Below, piece by piece: positions 48,224 through 62,965 of a stretch of 64,000 bases of DNA. Positions within the stretch are counted from its first letter, which is position 1, and each line of letters starts with the position of its first letter. A program made the position numbers and the translations under genes. The stretch covers positions 1,960,728 to 2,024,727 of the forward strand of contig CAVNZM010000018.1 of the NCBI GenBank assembly GCA_963693365.1, in the 5' to 3' direction. Under the pieces are notes generated by a model, which saw only the letters and a list, made by a program, of their open reading frames with translations, was not told the origin of the DNA and searched no databases. This DNA comes from Amoebidium appalachense. Lineage: Eukaryota > Protista > Ichthyosporea.

Positions 48224-49445
48224 CAATTGTGCTTGTCTGACAATGCATTGAGTGGGCCTTGTGTAGTGGTGGTGGGTTTGTGGGTTTTGAAGTGGATGAG
48301 GGCTGATTGGTGTGTGTGGTTGTTTGTGGTTTGCTTTGGCATGGGGAGGAGAGAGGATATATTGCCACAGTGCGGGACGTGCCTTTACAAAGACCAGAAA
48401 AAGAACCGCAGCAGCAGGAGGGGTGGGGGATGCGGGGGTCATTCCCAACCACAGCGTTGGATGAAATGCAGAACAGGAACCAAAAGAAGGACAAGAGATT
48501 AATACTCCTTTTGTGTGTTTGTGTGTGTGCACGTGTGTGTGTGCATGTGTTGGAGGGTTGGGGTTGAAGGGGGGGGGGAGGTGGTGCACTACGAGGCGAG
48601 GAGAAAAATCACAGTTGGTGCCCATTTCAGTTCGTTTCAATCCCGGAAGGGTTTCTTTACTTTCCTTTTCCCTTTTTGCTTTTCCTTTTTTTCTTTTTCT
48701 TTTCCTTTTTTTTTTTTTTCTTTATGTGTGTGTGTTTTGGGAGGGGGGGGGGGGGGGGGGGGAGCTAGCTATCAATATAGGCCTTTACCAAGACTCCCCC
48801 CAACCTCTGCGATCCTCCAGCTCCCCACTGGAGACATGGTGGCTCTTCACTCATTACCCCCCCCCCCCCCCCCCCCCCCCCGCCGCGCCCCCCCCCCCGG
48901 GGAGTCCCTCCATCCCAAGTTGAACCCCCATCTCCCCGTGCACCCATACCCGCCCCCCCCCACCCCCACCCGCACCCCATCCCACTCTTCACGTGTAAGC
49001 CCGGGATTCATAGCAGCCGTCCATGGCTAAATTTGCAAAACCCTTAGCTACCGGGGGAGAGGGGGGGAGGGGGGGGGGGGGAGGGAGGGGAACGGGAGGG
49101 GGGGGGGGGGGGGGAAGGGAAAGGGAAGACATACACTTGGATGATGCAGTGAAGTAAAATATTCGCAAAGAAACTTTCTTGACTACTCGAAGTTGAAAAG
49201 TAAGCAAGTTAAAGTTTGCTATGTAATAGGCTATCAAAGCAAGAAGGTTTCGTTTGCATAACATTTATTGCCTTGATCGATTCTTCACAGGAAGATCATT
49301 CAATGATTTTAAAAGTTATGGTGGTTCTTTTTTTTTTATTTTTTTTTTAATGGAGAACTGCTCTTACGATAAGATCTGCCACGTGCACACGTCTGCGCAA
49401 ACCAGCACAAATTTAACAGATGTGCAAAACCACAATCCAGATACA

Positions 49446-49481
<36 letters not shown>

Positions 49482-49676
49482 TTCCAAGCAGCCTCTGTAA
49501 TCCTTTTGGCTCTAGAGACAACCCCAATGCGATCTGTGGCCGCACCTCCTGTATCCCCCCCCCCCCCCCCCCCCCCCCTCGGCGGGTCATCCTCCCACCG
49601 ACAACGAACAGAGACATGTAAGCAGCCTGAGTGTCATGTGACATACACACACACGAACATACAGGCATGCGCAGAC

Positions 49677-49745
<69 letters not shown>

Positions 49746-49956
49746 ACGCACACGCAGAGACACCTACGTGCACGTTCCCACTCCAACTCCCCCCCCCCCC
49801 CCCCCCTCTCACCCCTCCCTACCTCCCCCCATTTCCATTTGTTGTGGACACACAGACACACTCATCGATACTCCAACAGCACCCACACACACACGTACTC
49901 CCCCCCCCCCCCCCCCCCCCCCCCTTCCCTCCCTAAAAGGACAAAAAAAAAGTTAA

Positions 49957-50292
49957 AGGAAAGGAAAAGATAAAAAAGCAGAAACGCATAATATAAAAAC
50001 AAAAGAAAGCAGGAATATTGAAGTGAAAACAGATTATTATACCTGTGACCGCACTCAGAACAGCCCAGCTTGGCAAATAAATATCGGATATTATGCGCAA
50101 ATACCCCAATTCACATGCATGATTGGCCTCTAATCTCAACGAGATGAGTAACTCTAAATTTCATGCATATGGTTCATGGTGAGCCGTAAAAGGGAGAGAG
50201 GCCGACCTTAGAGCCATGTGTCGGATACCATATTCCAATTTTTTTAACGTTTTAATATGATGCGTTTCTGCGTTTTTATCTTTTCCTTTCCT
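49957..50292. mobile_element. MITE with ~43-bp imperfect TIRs, possibly Kolobok-type
   Basis: AGGAAAGGAAAAGATAAAAAAGCAGAAACGCAT... is mirrored by ...ATGCGTTTCTGCGTTTTTATCTTTTCCTTTCCT. Left flank TTAA, right flank TCAT. Confidence 0.65.
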
Positions 50293-50784
50293 TCATTATT
50301 ACCCGACTGAATAAGCAAAAAGCACCTCTTTATTTAAGCCAACATATCACTTACGAATAAAAGCAATCACATTATGTTGCCATCACTCCCTGAACCCATC
50401 TCGTATGTACCTACAATAGAATAGGAGCCAGAGTGACAAGTTCCAACAATTCCGCGCGAAAATTCACAGGCACACCTTCAAAGTTAACTTTGCATAGCGT
50501 AAGTTAAGCTTTAATGCCAGGTGTACATGCTATACATTTTATCTATTGCGTTTGGTGGTGATGAACCAGTAAACCATCACCAATCAAATTGTTCCGTCAA
50601 TACATAAATGTTTAACCCTTCAATCGCTACCCTCCCCATCAGCAGATTGTTGTACACCGGTACATACATGCCGTACAGACCATAAATCGCCTTTCCTGGT
50701 GAATTGGTGATCTATCTAACCAAGTAAACCATCACCGATCAAAAAATCCCATTATTATACAAACAAAAGTTTAATAATATCCCA

Positions 50785-51537
50785 TTAATCACACTCTCCC
50801 ATCTGCAGTTTGTTGTACACCGCATCAACAGTTTTCAGGTTCATGCTCAACAGATTTTCATATTCGCATCCGGCAGCAAGAAGATCTTTCAGGGCACACC
50901 GCCCGCATGCAACTGGTGTCTTTCCGTTGCTGCCTGCCTGGCAAAAGACCTTGCACACACCTGATCTCAGGCTCTGCAGGAATTTTTTGATTGGTTAGAA
51001 CCCATAATCCTCCCCCCCCCCCCCCAAAAAAAAAAAAAAACTAAATTCCGAATTGAATCGACCATAGCCAATCAAATCAATGTAAAGAAATGATTGGTGG
51101 CCGTTTTCACTGAAGTGCAAGAATTGTACATTGCTTCCACTGGCTTTCTCGACCAATTGAAATTTTGCAGTCATATGATTGGCCGGTCATGGGCGATCTA
51201 CATAGGAATTGTTTGCTTTGCTAAAAAAAGAAACTGTTAAGAGTTACACCGCCAACCAATCGCATCCGAAAAACCTGCCTTGCGCCGATTGGTTCTGAAG
51301 TAAAGTATAGTTTAGTGTGTTCCAAAAAAAAGAAACTGTTAAGAGTTAAACCGCCAACCAATCGCATCCGAAAAACCTGCCTTGCGCCGATTGGTTCTGA
51401 AGTAAAGTATAGTTTAGTGAAGTGTAGTTTTGCCTCAAGGAGAATTGTTTTTACAGTGTTGGATAGATGAGCAACACGTAGGCTTTTTTCGAAAAAATGT
51501 GGTAGTTGCAATCGAATGCATCACGTTGTGTGTATGC

Positions 51538-51610
<73 letters not shown>

Positions 51611-51863
51611 CGCCACATTAGTGTGTGTGCATGTTTTTCTTCTTCTTCCTTCCTTCTTCTTCCTTTCTTTTTTTCTTTCGTTCTTTCCTTCCTGTCCCTT
51701 ATTGCCTGTGTGTATGCTTGTGTGCATGTGCATGTGAGTGCGAGCGCCACATTAGAGTGTGTGCATGTTCTTCTTCTTCCTTCTACCTTCTTTCTTTTCT
51801 TCTTTTTTCTTTCTTTCTTTTCCTCATTCCTTCCCCTTTTTGTCTGTATTTGTGTGTGTGCGT

Positions 51864-51895
<32 letters not shown>

Positions 51896-52539
51896 GGGGG
51901 GGGGGGGGGGGGGGATACGCACCGTGTCCCTAAGCTTGCAATAGTTGATAGCAAAGGTGGTGAGTTCCTTGGGAGTGCATGCCTTTGCAAAGGCGCAAGC
52001 ATTAGCAGACAGACACTCGTCATAGTTGTTTGCCTCCTTCGTGGGGTCACACGTAGCCTCCACGATCTTCTCACAATCATCCGTCAGCCCATCATTGTCC
52101 GCATCAACGTCGTTGGAAGAAGCTGCGGCCTGTTTGGGAAAAAAATAATAATAGAAATAATAAATTGGGGAGTCAAGGTCCAAAAACACATGAAAAAAGA
52201 TGGTGATTTAAGGTCAGGGGGCTGGGGCGAAAAGAAGTTGGAGAGTCATGGTCGAGGGGGTGGGTGGTGCTGGGTGGGAGTAGGGGCGGGAGGGGAGGGG
52301 GGGGGGGGGGGGGGAGGAAGGGATGGAGTGGGGAGGGAGAAGGGGGATGGGGAGAGGGGGGAGGGGGATGTATGCTGTATCAGAAAGGAAGTAGGAATTG
52401 TGAAGGTGGAGAATTGTTTGATGAATTAAGAAACAGTAGTTACGAAAATGCGAAAACCAGAAATCAAAATAGTTACGAAAATGCGAAAACCAGAAATCAA
52501 ACCCTGACCCTAGGGAAAAAAAAGAAGAAAAAAAAGGCT

Positions 52540-52574
<35 letters not shown>

Positions 52575-53848
52575 GCAGAAGACACTTGAACAGAGCCCAT
52601 CATCAATGGGGTCCCCCATGCCTACACAACATTGAGGTACGACTCTTTAACAAAAGATCACAAACAACCAACAGAGCCACGGACTGAGAAGACTGAGAAG
52701 TAAGAAAAATAAAATTAAAAAATACTGGTACTTACATTTTCAGCCTTGCATGTTCCGTCATTCAGCTTGTTGAGATAGCGTAAGACCACAGCATCAACGG
52801 TTTTTGCTGATGCACACCCACCGCTACGGAAGGCCTCCGAACGGCACGAGTTACAGGTGAATGAGGAGGGACCGCCCAGGATACCTTGAGAGGCCATGGG
52901 TCGAGCGAGAGAGCACATCAAACCGCACTTTTTCTGCACGTTCTGGAAAGGAAAAGGAATAAGGATGAATAGATTAGTTTAGTGCTTGCTGAACGAATAA
53001 GGTGTGAGAGATCAGTGCTTCCGGAACGAATAAGAATCCATAGATCAGTGCTTAGTACTTATTACAAAAATTTAAAGAGGCACGGGAACTTATACGAAAG
53101 CAACGGCACATGAATCAATAAATTTGCGAAGCTTCGGTAGTGGCATTGAAAGTTTTTGTTATCAAAGCTTCACTGTGACAACACTTAAGACAATAATTCG
53201 AAAATTCACATTTTTCTCCAACACTTTTCATAAAAGCATATAACAATTTGGCAGCGCACTACATGAACATGTAAGCAACTCGAGGGCATACATCAAGTTA
53301 AAAAGCATTTGCAACACCACTCCGTACCAAACCCACCATGCATACTCACTCATTAACGTATAATAATGTAACAAACACGTTCAGAAGTGTCTACATGTGC
53401 ATGAAAGCACACATGTCCCACACAACCACACGTACATGAGAAAGGCATGTACCACACACACACTTACCACTGCCACCAGGCTGCAGACTTTGTTCGAAAA
53501 CTGGAGCAGCTCCTGATAGGTGCAAAACCCATCGGCCTCGCACACCTTGGCTGCAATGCACGTGTCGTACACCATAGCATCGGCCGTGGGGTCACACATG
53601 CTCTTGAGCTTCTCCCCGCACTTGTCGCTGATTCCATCATCATCTTCGTCATTCGTAACAGGCTTAGGGACGGGGGGAACTGGACCGGGCAGGGGAGAAA
53701 TAGGTTTAATAATAGGCAGAGGTCCAAGGCTAAGAGGACCTACTTGTATGCGCGCCGTGTCGCTGGAAGAGGGGGTCTGTTGTGCGGAGACGAGAGAGAG
53801 GCAAGCCAGAAGGGCAGCCGCGGTGGCCTGGTTGAGTGAGAAAACCAT
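50785..53848 (-). CDS. Secreted cysteine-rich protein with two internal repeats, 327 aa, unknown family
   Basis: Exons 53848-53468, 52942-52736, 52129-51923 and 50973-50785, all introns phase 0 and GT-AG, 984 nt in total. Signal peptide MVFSLNQATAAALLACLSLVSA. The exon 1 domain resembles exon 3 (D.D.DG..D.C...CDPT..A..YD.C) and exon 2 resembles exon 4 (C...C...C..C...GC...VDAV...KL..G.C). Confidence 0.88.
51223..51419. repeat. ~100-bp tandem duplication in intron 3 of the Cys-rich gene
   Basis: AAAGAAACTGTTAAGAGTTA...GTAAAGTATAGTTTAGTG occurs twice. Confidence 0.9.
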
Positions 53849-54024
53849 TTTTTAAAAGATCCTTTCCTTTCTCTTGCAGTGAATTGAAAATTGCTTGCTA
53901 ACCTGAAGCCGACCTGCAAGGATGTGAAGAGAGAAAACAAGTGCGCGAAAGTACACGAAAATGTTGATGTACTTCACACTGACAGACAACAAAAGTCCGT
54001 GCAACCTACTGTGTAATCCAGGGC

Positions 54025-54031
54025 TATATAT
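54025..54031 (-). promoter_or_regulatory. Candidate TATA-like box of the Cys-rich gene
   Basis: TATATA about 180 bp upstream of the ATG at 53848, with CCAAT motifs near 54320 and 54349. Motif match only. Confidence 0.3.
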
Positions 54032-54053
54032 GGCTCGTCGAGAGCAACAGGAA

Positions 54054-54294
54054 CAGGCTGTGAAATTAATTTATTATTCTGCAGGGGGTGTATGGCGAAA
54101 AAATTGTCCCTGAAACTCCGAAAAATGTCCCTAATTTTTTGAGGTGAGGTCCACCAATTTCGCTACCAGTGGCTATAATACAGCCAAAACTATAAAAAAT
54201 ATACCCTAAAAAATGGTTGGTGGCTCTATTGGGTTATCCAGGCAGGGGGAATGCAGCTAAAATGGCACCCGCCAAAAACGCGTTTCACACCCTG
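54054..54294. mobile_element. hAT-type MITE, 241 bp
   Basis: Ends CAGGCTGTGAAA and TTTCACACCCTG. 8-bp TSD AACAGGAA / AACAGAAA (1 mismatch). A second copy lies at 25120-25360. Confidence 0.8.
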
Positions 54295-54857
54295 AACAGA
54301 AAAACAGTGCAACAAGAAACCAATCAGCATCTACCTCCCAACATACAACCAATCGCGGCGCCTGTAACCGATAAACTGCATTCCTAGGTTAAATTCAGTG
54401 CAGGGGCGAATCCAAGCTTATTGTAAAAGACAAAGTAATATTTCAATGGATAGAGACTTTTAATTATTTTTTCTTTATTCTTATCACTCCTTTTTTTCCT
54501 CTTGATGGTGCTCCATCAAGAAAAACTCTGTGACAACCGGGTGGCCCCGAGGGCCGAGTGTGGCATCGGCAGTGTTTTTATCTGATGGAATGCACAGGAT
54601 CGTTACCAGCTTATCTGAGATTCTGGGCACTTCAGGCTCACATGGCGTAACAGAACAATCATGGCGTCAATGAATACATAGAAACCTCATTATTTTTTTT
54701 ATTTATTTATTCTTTTTTGGACCAACAAGTATCAGACAACAGCGACCGATGTTCTTTCTATGCTTCCCCTTTTTACAAACTTTGATTTTAACGGTAAATA
54801 TATGGCTCGCATAGTTTGCATTCCAGCATGTAAACACAAGCAGTCACGAGTCAGTGC

Positions 54858-55931
<1,074 letters not shown>

Positions 55932-56350
55932 GTCAGTGCACCCACAGTGGGCCAAACGTGTAGGCTTGAAAAAACAACGATGTTACAAAATGCCCGATAC
56001 GCCTCAAGTTATATTCTATTTTTGAAGTATTAGTGGCGCTAGAAAGAGGTAAATTGGAAAATGTTACCTATTCCTTATCAACAACTGACCTCACGGTCCC
56101 TGGCCGCAAATTTCACACCCTGGTTCGCGGCAATCGCAGCCATGGTGCACAGCTCAACTGTCTGACTGTAGGCTGTACAGTGTGACGCTTTCAGTTTCGA
56201 ATTCGTTCGTTCGTGTGTATGAACAATGAAAGAATGAAGAATATAAAAAGAATAAAGAATATTCCGTTGAAAAAAGAAAAAAAAGAACGACGGAAATTTG
56301 TGCCATGCCCTAGCACCGTAGAAACGGCTGTGTGGGTTCGGTCGGACGGC

Positions 56351-56481
<131 letters not shown>

Positions 56482-56738
56482 TCTACCTCTCCCTTCTCTC
56501 GCTCTCCCTCTTCATCTCCCCCTCCCTCTCCCTCTCACTCTCCCTCTCCCTCTCCCTTTCCCTCTTCCCCTCCCCCTCCCTCTCCCTCTCCCTCTCCCTC
56601 TCCCTCTCCCCGCTCCCGCTCCCTCCCTCTCTCGCTTTCCCTGTCCCTCTGTCTCTCCCTCTCCCCCCCCCCCCCCCCCCCTCTGTTTCAAATTCTTTTC
56701 CTCTACCTCTTCCTCTCCCTCTTCTCCCCCCCCCCGCC

Positions 56739-56989
<251 letters not shown>

Positions 56990-57210
56990 GTGAGTGTGTG
57001 TGTGCGAATGTGTGTGTCTGCTTGTGTGTCTAGGTGTTTGTGTGTGTGTGTACGTGTGTGAGTGTACATGTGTGTCTGTGTCTATTCCTGTGCCCGTGTG
57101 TGCCAATCTTTATAGTAATAGATGTGCGTGCGTACGTGCACATGTGTGTGTGTGAGTCTGTACGCGCAGAGGTGTGCACGTGTCGCATTCTGTACATGCG
57201 CGCATGTGTG

Positions 57211-57249
<39 letters not shown>

Positions 57250-57293
57250 TGTGTGTGCTGTACATGTGCGTCTTGGGCGGGAGAGGAGTGTGT

Positions 57294-57324
<31 letters not shown>

Positions 57325-57642
57325 GGGGGGAGGGGGGGGGGGGAGGGGTAAGTTTGTTCACGCGCTCGCGTATTGGTGTGTGGGAGTTCTACCGTGTTAA
57401 TACTCAACGGTATATTCCATGCCATGTAGTCTTTTGGTGTGTACCAGCCCCTTGGAGCCAGCTCTATGAAACACACTGAGCCCGTATGCACACCCCTCCC
57501 CCACAAGTGAGATTGGGGGAAAACCCTGGGCTAAGTCTGTAAGTGTGCACTAGTAGCTAGGATTGGTATATTTCAGTTAGTTTAGCTAGTTGCACCATTA
57601 GCACCGACACACACACGCACACATACACACACACACACAGTG

Positions 57643-57906
<264 letters not shown>

Positions 57907-58249
57907 GCACACCATGCACACACACAGGTGCACTTACCCCGAGCCTCCCCCCCCCCCCCTCCCCTCCCCCTTCCCCCCTCCCCCCTTCATGCTGCACCTT
58001 CTTCCCACCCGTTAAGCTCCCAATACGAGAAAATGTAGCTCTTTGGCTACCATGGCACCTCTTACCCCCCCCCCCCCCCCCCCCCCCTTCCCCCCCGCCA
58101 CCCCCCTCCCCCCTTTCCCCCTTCCCCCCCAACCTTAGCCAATCGTATATGGGCTCTAAGACAACATGTTCTAATAAACTCGTGCTAACATACGGTCCCT
58201 AATGGCATGTGTGCCCACCATATACATCCTGCGCACGATTGCACGCGCG

Positions 58250-58302
<53 letters not shown>

Positions 58303-58404
58303 GACATGCATGCCCCCCCCCCCCTCCCCCCCCCCTCCCCCCCCCCCCCAAAAAAAAAAAGAAAGAAAGAAAGAAAGAAAGGAAGAAAGAAAGAAAAGAA
58401 AAGA

Positions 58405-58508
<104 letters not shown>

Positions 58509-58537
58509 CACGCGCGCACACGCACACACACACACAG

Positions 58538-58924
58538 TCTCTAGTCATCAACGCAACCGCCCGATCCGACCTTCCCTTTCTCCTCGGTGTGTTTTCGGCA
58601 GAAACCACAAGACAGTTATCCGCATGGGGAATGTGGTGGGGATATACGCGTGAAATGCTACGGGAAAACACCGGATTATCCGAAATGGGCGTTTCAAAAG
58701 CAGTACCATGCCATCCCGACTCCAAAATGCCCATCGAATTGATTAGTCAGAACTCGCCTCTAAAAGAATCAGCCAATAGGAAACGGCAAAAAAGAAGAAT
58801 TTTCGATTGGGCAAGAAGACATTATTGTGGTCGAGGGGACAATAGGGGTGAAACCGGAGAAGTAGAAAGAAGCAAGCGGAAGCTTGGGAGGCGAAAGAGA
58901 CGCCGGATCGTCAGGAATTACTAG
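58538..58924 (+). other. Probable coding exon of an unknown gene family (paralog of 60372-60700)
   Basis: Follows a (CA)n-CAG acceptor. LVINATARSDLPFLLGVFSAETTRQLSAWGMWWGYTREMLR is conserved at protein level in the downstream copy, with many third-position changes. Confidence 0.55.
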
Positions 58925-59328
58925 CGCAGAGGTGTGATTGGTGCACTAAAGTGATTAAATGTTATAAAATTCTTTAATTGGGTAATAACATCAGATGGTA
59001 TGGCTACTGTGAAATTTGAATGTGAATGAATGTTTCGTCAAACCATAAGATTTCAAGTCACGATGGCTATACCACACTCTGGGGTTTTTTTTTGGTACCC
59101 ACATACATGTTTCAGATCTGGGACTCAGTTCCTGTGGTTCAGAATTCTGCACTAGATGAAGTCAAGCAAGTACAAACCTGGAATCACGTTCTCTCGTCGA
59201 GGGAGATCTGAATAAAGTTACGGGCATCTCTTTCGCGTTTTCACGGGGTGCTCGCTGCTAATTTCGATCGCAGTGATATACCAGCGGAATGTGTTGCAAA
59301 ACTTCAACGTGAGCGGGATATATGTATT

Positions 59329-59524
59329 GGGGTTTACGCTGTTTACTCGAGGCAAAGAGAACCAGTCTCAGGTATGGGGGGGGGGTTTTTGCTCGGAATA
59401 TCCCCTCAGCGGTATATCATGATCACGTACATAGATGTCGGGTGGTGACTATATATCAGGGTTTACTTTCTCTACGAGACACCATAAAGACTACAAGGAG
59501 AAATCAATTAGTTGGGGTTCCCCG
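59329..59524 (+). repeat. ~197-bp dispersed repeat, copy 2, followed by a T tract (59525-59551)
   Basis: Near-identical to the reverse complement of 4427-4623. Confidence 0.9.
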
Positions 59525-59558
<34 letters not shown>

Positions 59559-59618
59559 GTATTCTTATTTTACAATCTGCGTGAGATTGTATACGTTGTG
59601 TTGGTGAGTGCTACTTAC

Positions 59619-59655
<37 letters not shown>

Positions 59656-59933
59656 CTTCCCAAAAAAAAAAAAAAAAAAAACGCGCAAGAGGTTAAAGAG
59701 TTGAAACCCATCCTTTGTGGAGGCATAGGAACCCCGCTGATGGTTTGCTCTGTTCATGTGTCTTCTGCTTGAACGGTTTTTATTGGCCCTTCATGGTTTG
59801 ATTTCGGTGTTCTCTGTTTTTCGGGGGGGGGGGGAGGGGGGGGGGTCTGTTATGACGTCTTACATATTGTCCTTTGGTGTATCCTTCATATCTCCAACCC
59901 TCTAATGCATACATCACCCGCCAGACACACACA

Positions 59934-60134
<201 letters not shown>

Positions 60135-60282
60135 TTCCGGGGGAGAGCAACCACGACGCGCACGCACGCACGCACACACGGGCACACACACACACACACA
60201 CAAACACACACGTACACACACACACACACACTCTCTCTCTCTCTCTCTCTCCCCCCCCCTCTCTATCTCTATCTCACACACA

Positions 60283-60343
<61 letters not shown>

Positions 60344-60371
60344 ACACACGTACACACACAAACACACACAG

Positions 60372-60700
60372 AACCAGATGATCAGATGATCACTTCATCT
60401 GCTCGTGCCGACCTTCCGTTCCTTCTTGCCGTCTGGGCGGTTGAAATATCCCAATAGTTATCCAAATGGGGTATGTGGTGGGCGTATACGCGTGAAGTTT
60501 TACGGAAAACCGAAATTCGACGGGAAACCACAAGAACTCCCTCTTTGACTCCAGCCACTATCTCACTCACAGAATTGACGAATGGGAAACTTCCTATGAG
60601 GCAGATCGAGCCAATGGGGAGCCTTATTAGCGGAGAGGTTAAGGTGGTGCCGGGGGGTCCGATGTGGTTTTGGTGGAGGGGGAATTACTCACAGAGGTGA
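60372..60700 (+). pseudogene. Pseudogenised paralogous exon
   Basis: Reads [43 protein letters not shown] at 60455-60457 aligns with CAG in the 58538 copy. An 8-bp duplication CAGATGAT lies near the acceptor. Confidence 0.6.
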
Positions 60701-61004
60701 AATCGGAGAAGGGAAAGGAAAAGTCTCAGAAGTTACCGAGCGAATGCGGCTCGGAATCATCTGGAAACACCGGGGTAGTGGTGGTGTAACGAGCGCTGCG
60801 GACAGACACACACACACATAGGTATAGTCGGTCGCTTAGTGGATGACGGTACTACTTGCCATGGGGACCCATGGGGAATCCCTAAGGGTCCCCCCGAGAA
60901 CAAAACAGGATAGATTTTAATAACAACTGTATGTATGCAAAACGCAGTACAGACAGAATGCATACATGAGCATTACACAACTTGCATAAACTACATTATG
61001 CGTG

Positions 61005-61096
<92 letters not shown>

Positions 61097-61194
61097 ACGG
61101 TGTGTGTGTGTGTGACACAATATTCTTCGACTTGTATGGGATTGACAAGCACACTCGAATTCGGCTCTGTTCACTTTGTAGGAGCAAAAAAAAA

Positions 61195-61423
61195 ACAAAA
61201 TGCAATATTCACTGTTTTTGCACTGCCGCAGTGGAATATCCCCCCCCCCCATCCCCTCTTTCCCCCTAGACATTGGCAGGCTCTAGAATCATAAGTTACA
61301 GTTCCCCCCCTCCCCCCCCTCCCCCCCCCCCTCCCCCCCCCCCCCCCCCCCAAAAAAAAACAACAAACAAACAAAAAAAATGCAACATTCACTGTTTTTG
61401 CACTGCCACAGTGGAATATCCCC

Positions 61424-61455
<32 letters not shown>

Positions 61456-61560
61456 ACCCCCCACCCGCCGACTCACCCGCCGACTCACCCACCCACCCCA
61501 ACCCCCCTTCCCCCCCCCCTCTTTCCCTCTAGCATCGGCAGGCTCTAGAATCATAAGTCA
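61195..61560. repeat. Tandem duplication with differently expanded poly-C tracts
   Basis: AAATGCAA(T/C)ATTCACTGTTTTTGCACTGCC(G/A)CAGTGGAATATCCC...GGCAGGCTCTAGAATCATAAGT occurs twice. Confidence 0.85.
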
Positions 61561-61563
61561 CAG

Positions 61564-61612
<49 letters not shown>

Positions 61613-61854
61613 AAAAAAAAAAAAAATGCAAATGCTAATTGTCTTGGGTGGTTTATCGTAGGCATAACGTTGAACTTCAACTCAATCAACCCCTTTCTCC
61701 ACCACCTTGAATTGAACCCTTGGCATATACAGTAAGCACGCCTTGTGTACTTTAAGGGGGTTTCTTTTAGGCCGATTTATTGTCACCTCTTTTTGGTGAC
61801 CGTCCTCGGGTGGGGCCAAATGCTGTTTGAAGGGAACCAAGCCAATCATATTTT

Positions 61855-61886
<32 letters not shown>

Positions 61887-62965
61887 TCTCTTTAAGCCAC
61901 TCAAGTCTCCTTACCCAAACGGGAAAAAAAAAAAAAAAAAAAAAAAAAAGGCGAAAACCGTTATATCTCCATAAATGATGTATGATAAGTCTTGTACATA
62001 TATTTCCATATTAAACTTGCATGTTGTAACGTCGTTTTCTACTTGTGTAACTTGTTGGGTGGAAGTACTGTTGGTCTTGGTGCCGACACCACATCATAGC
62101 TCACCGTGATACATGTCGTTACTTAACAGCACGTTCTCCCCCCCCAAAACACTACTGTGTTATTGACAACTGCTGAACTTCAGAATCGGACAACTGCTGA
62201 ACTTCAGAATTTACTAAGTTAACTTTGTCGGTTAATTGAAAAGCCAGAATACATGCATGGAATCTGTTGGGCACTTAGTAGACATGCCATGATATATGGT
62301 AAATGTTTTAGTCCATGTATGCGTGTGTACACCGTGACTAGGCTCAGGTCTACATTGCAAATGCATTGCAGTGTACATACAAATTAGACCCCCCCCCCCC
62401 CCCCCCCCCCCCTTCCCCCCTCCCCCCCCCCCCCCCCAAAAAAAAAAAAAAAAAAAAAAAGAAAAGAAAAGGAAAAGTAGTCAGCAACTGAACTCCCCCC
62501 ACCCCCACCCTCCCCCCTCCCCCCCTTCCCCCCCCACCCCTCCCCCCCCCCCCCCCCCCCCCCCCCTCCCCCCTCCCTCCCCTCCCTCTCCCCCTCCCCC
62601 CTCCTGGCCCTCCCCCCCCCCCCCCCCCACGCTCCCCCCCCCGCCCCTCCCCCCATCCCCTTAGGCCTCCCCCCTCCTCCACTATGTTATCTCGGTACAT
62701 GTTCTTAAGATTTTCAAATATCTGCGGGCTGAAGGTTTTTAACGGCCTCCGGGGCAGGGGGGGAGGGGTTGACCCTGGCCTCGGGAGTTGAAATGGTTCT
62801 GGTTGGTGGGTGGTTGGGGGGGGGGGGGGGGGAGAGGGGGGGGGGGGGGGGGGAGAGGGGGGGGGAAGGGGGGGGGGGGGGAGGAGAGCTGAAGAGGACC
62901 CGAGGGCCTGGAGAAAGAAATGGGGTGGGGGAGGAGGAGGGGGAGAGGAGGGTTTTTTTTCTTCT

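Noticed and set aside
56109-56122. Another full copy of the CAGGGTGTGAAATT MITE
   Set aside because: Only one TIR-like end is visible, with no partner end or TSD.
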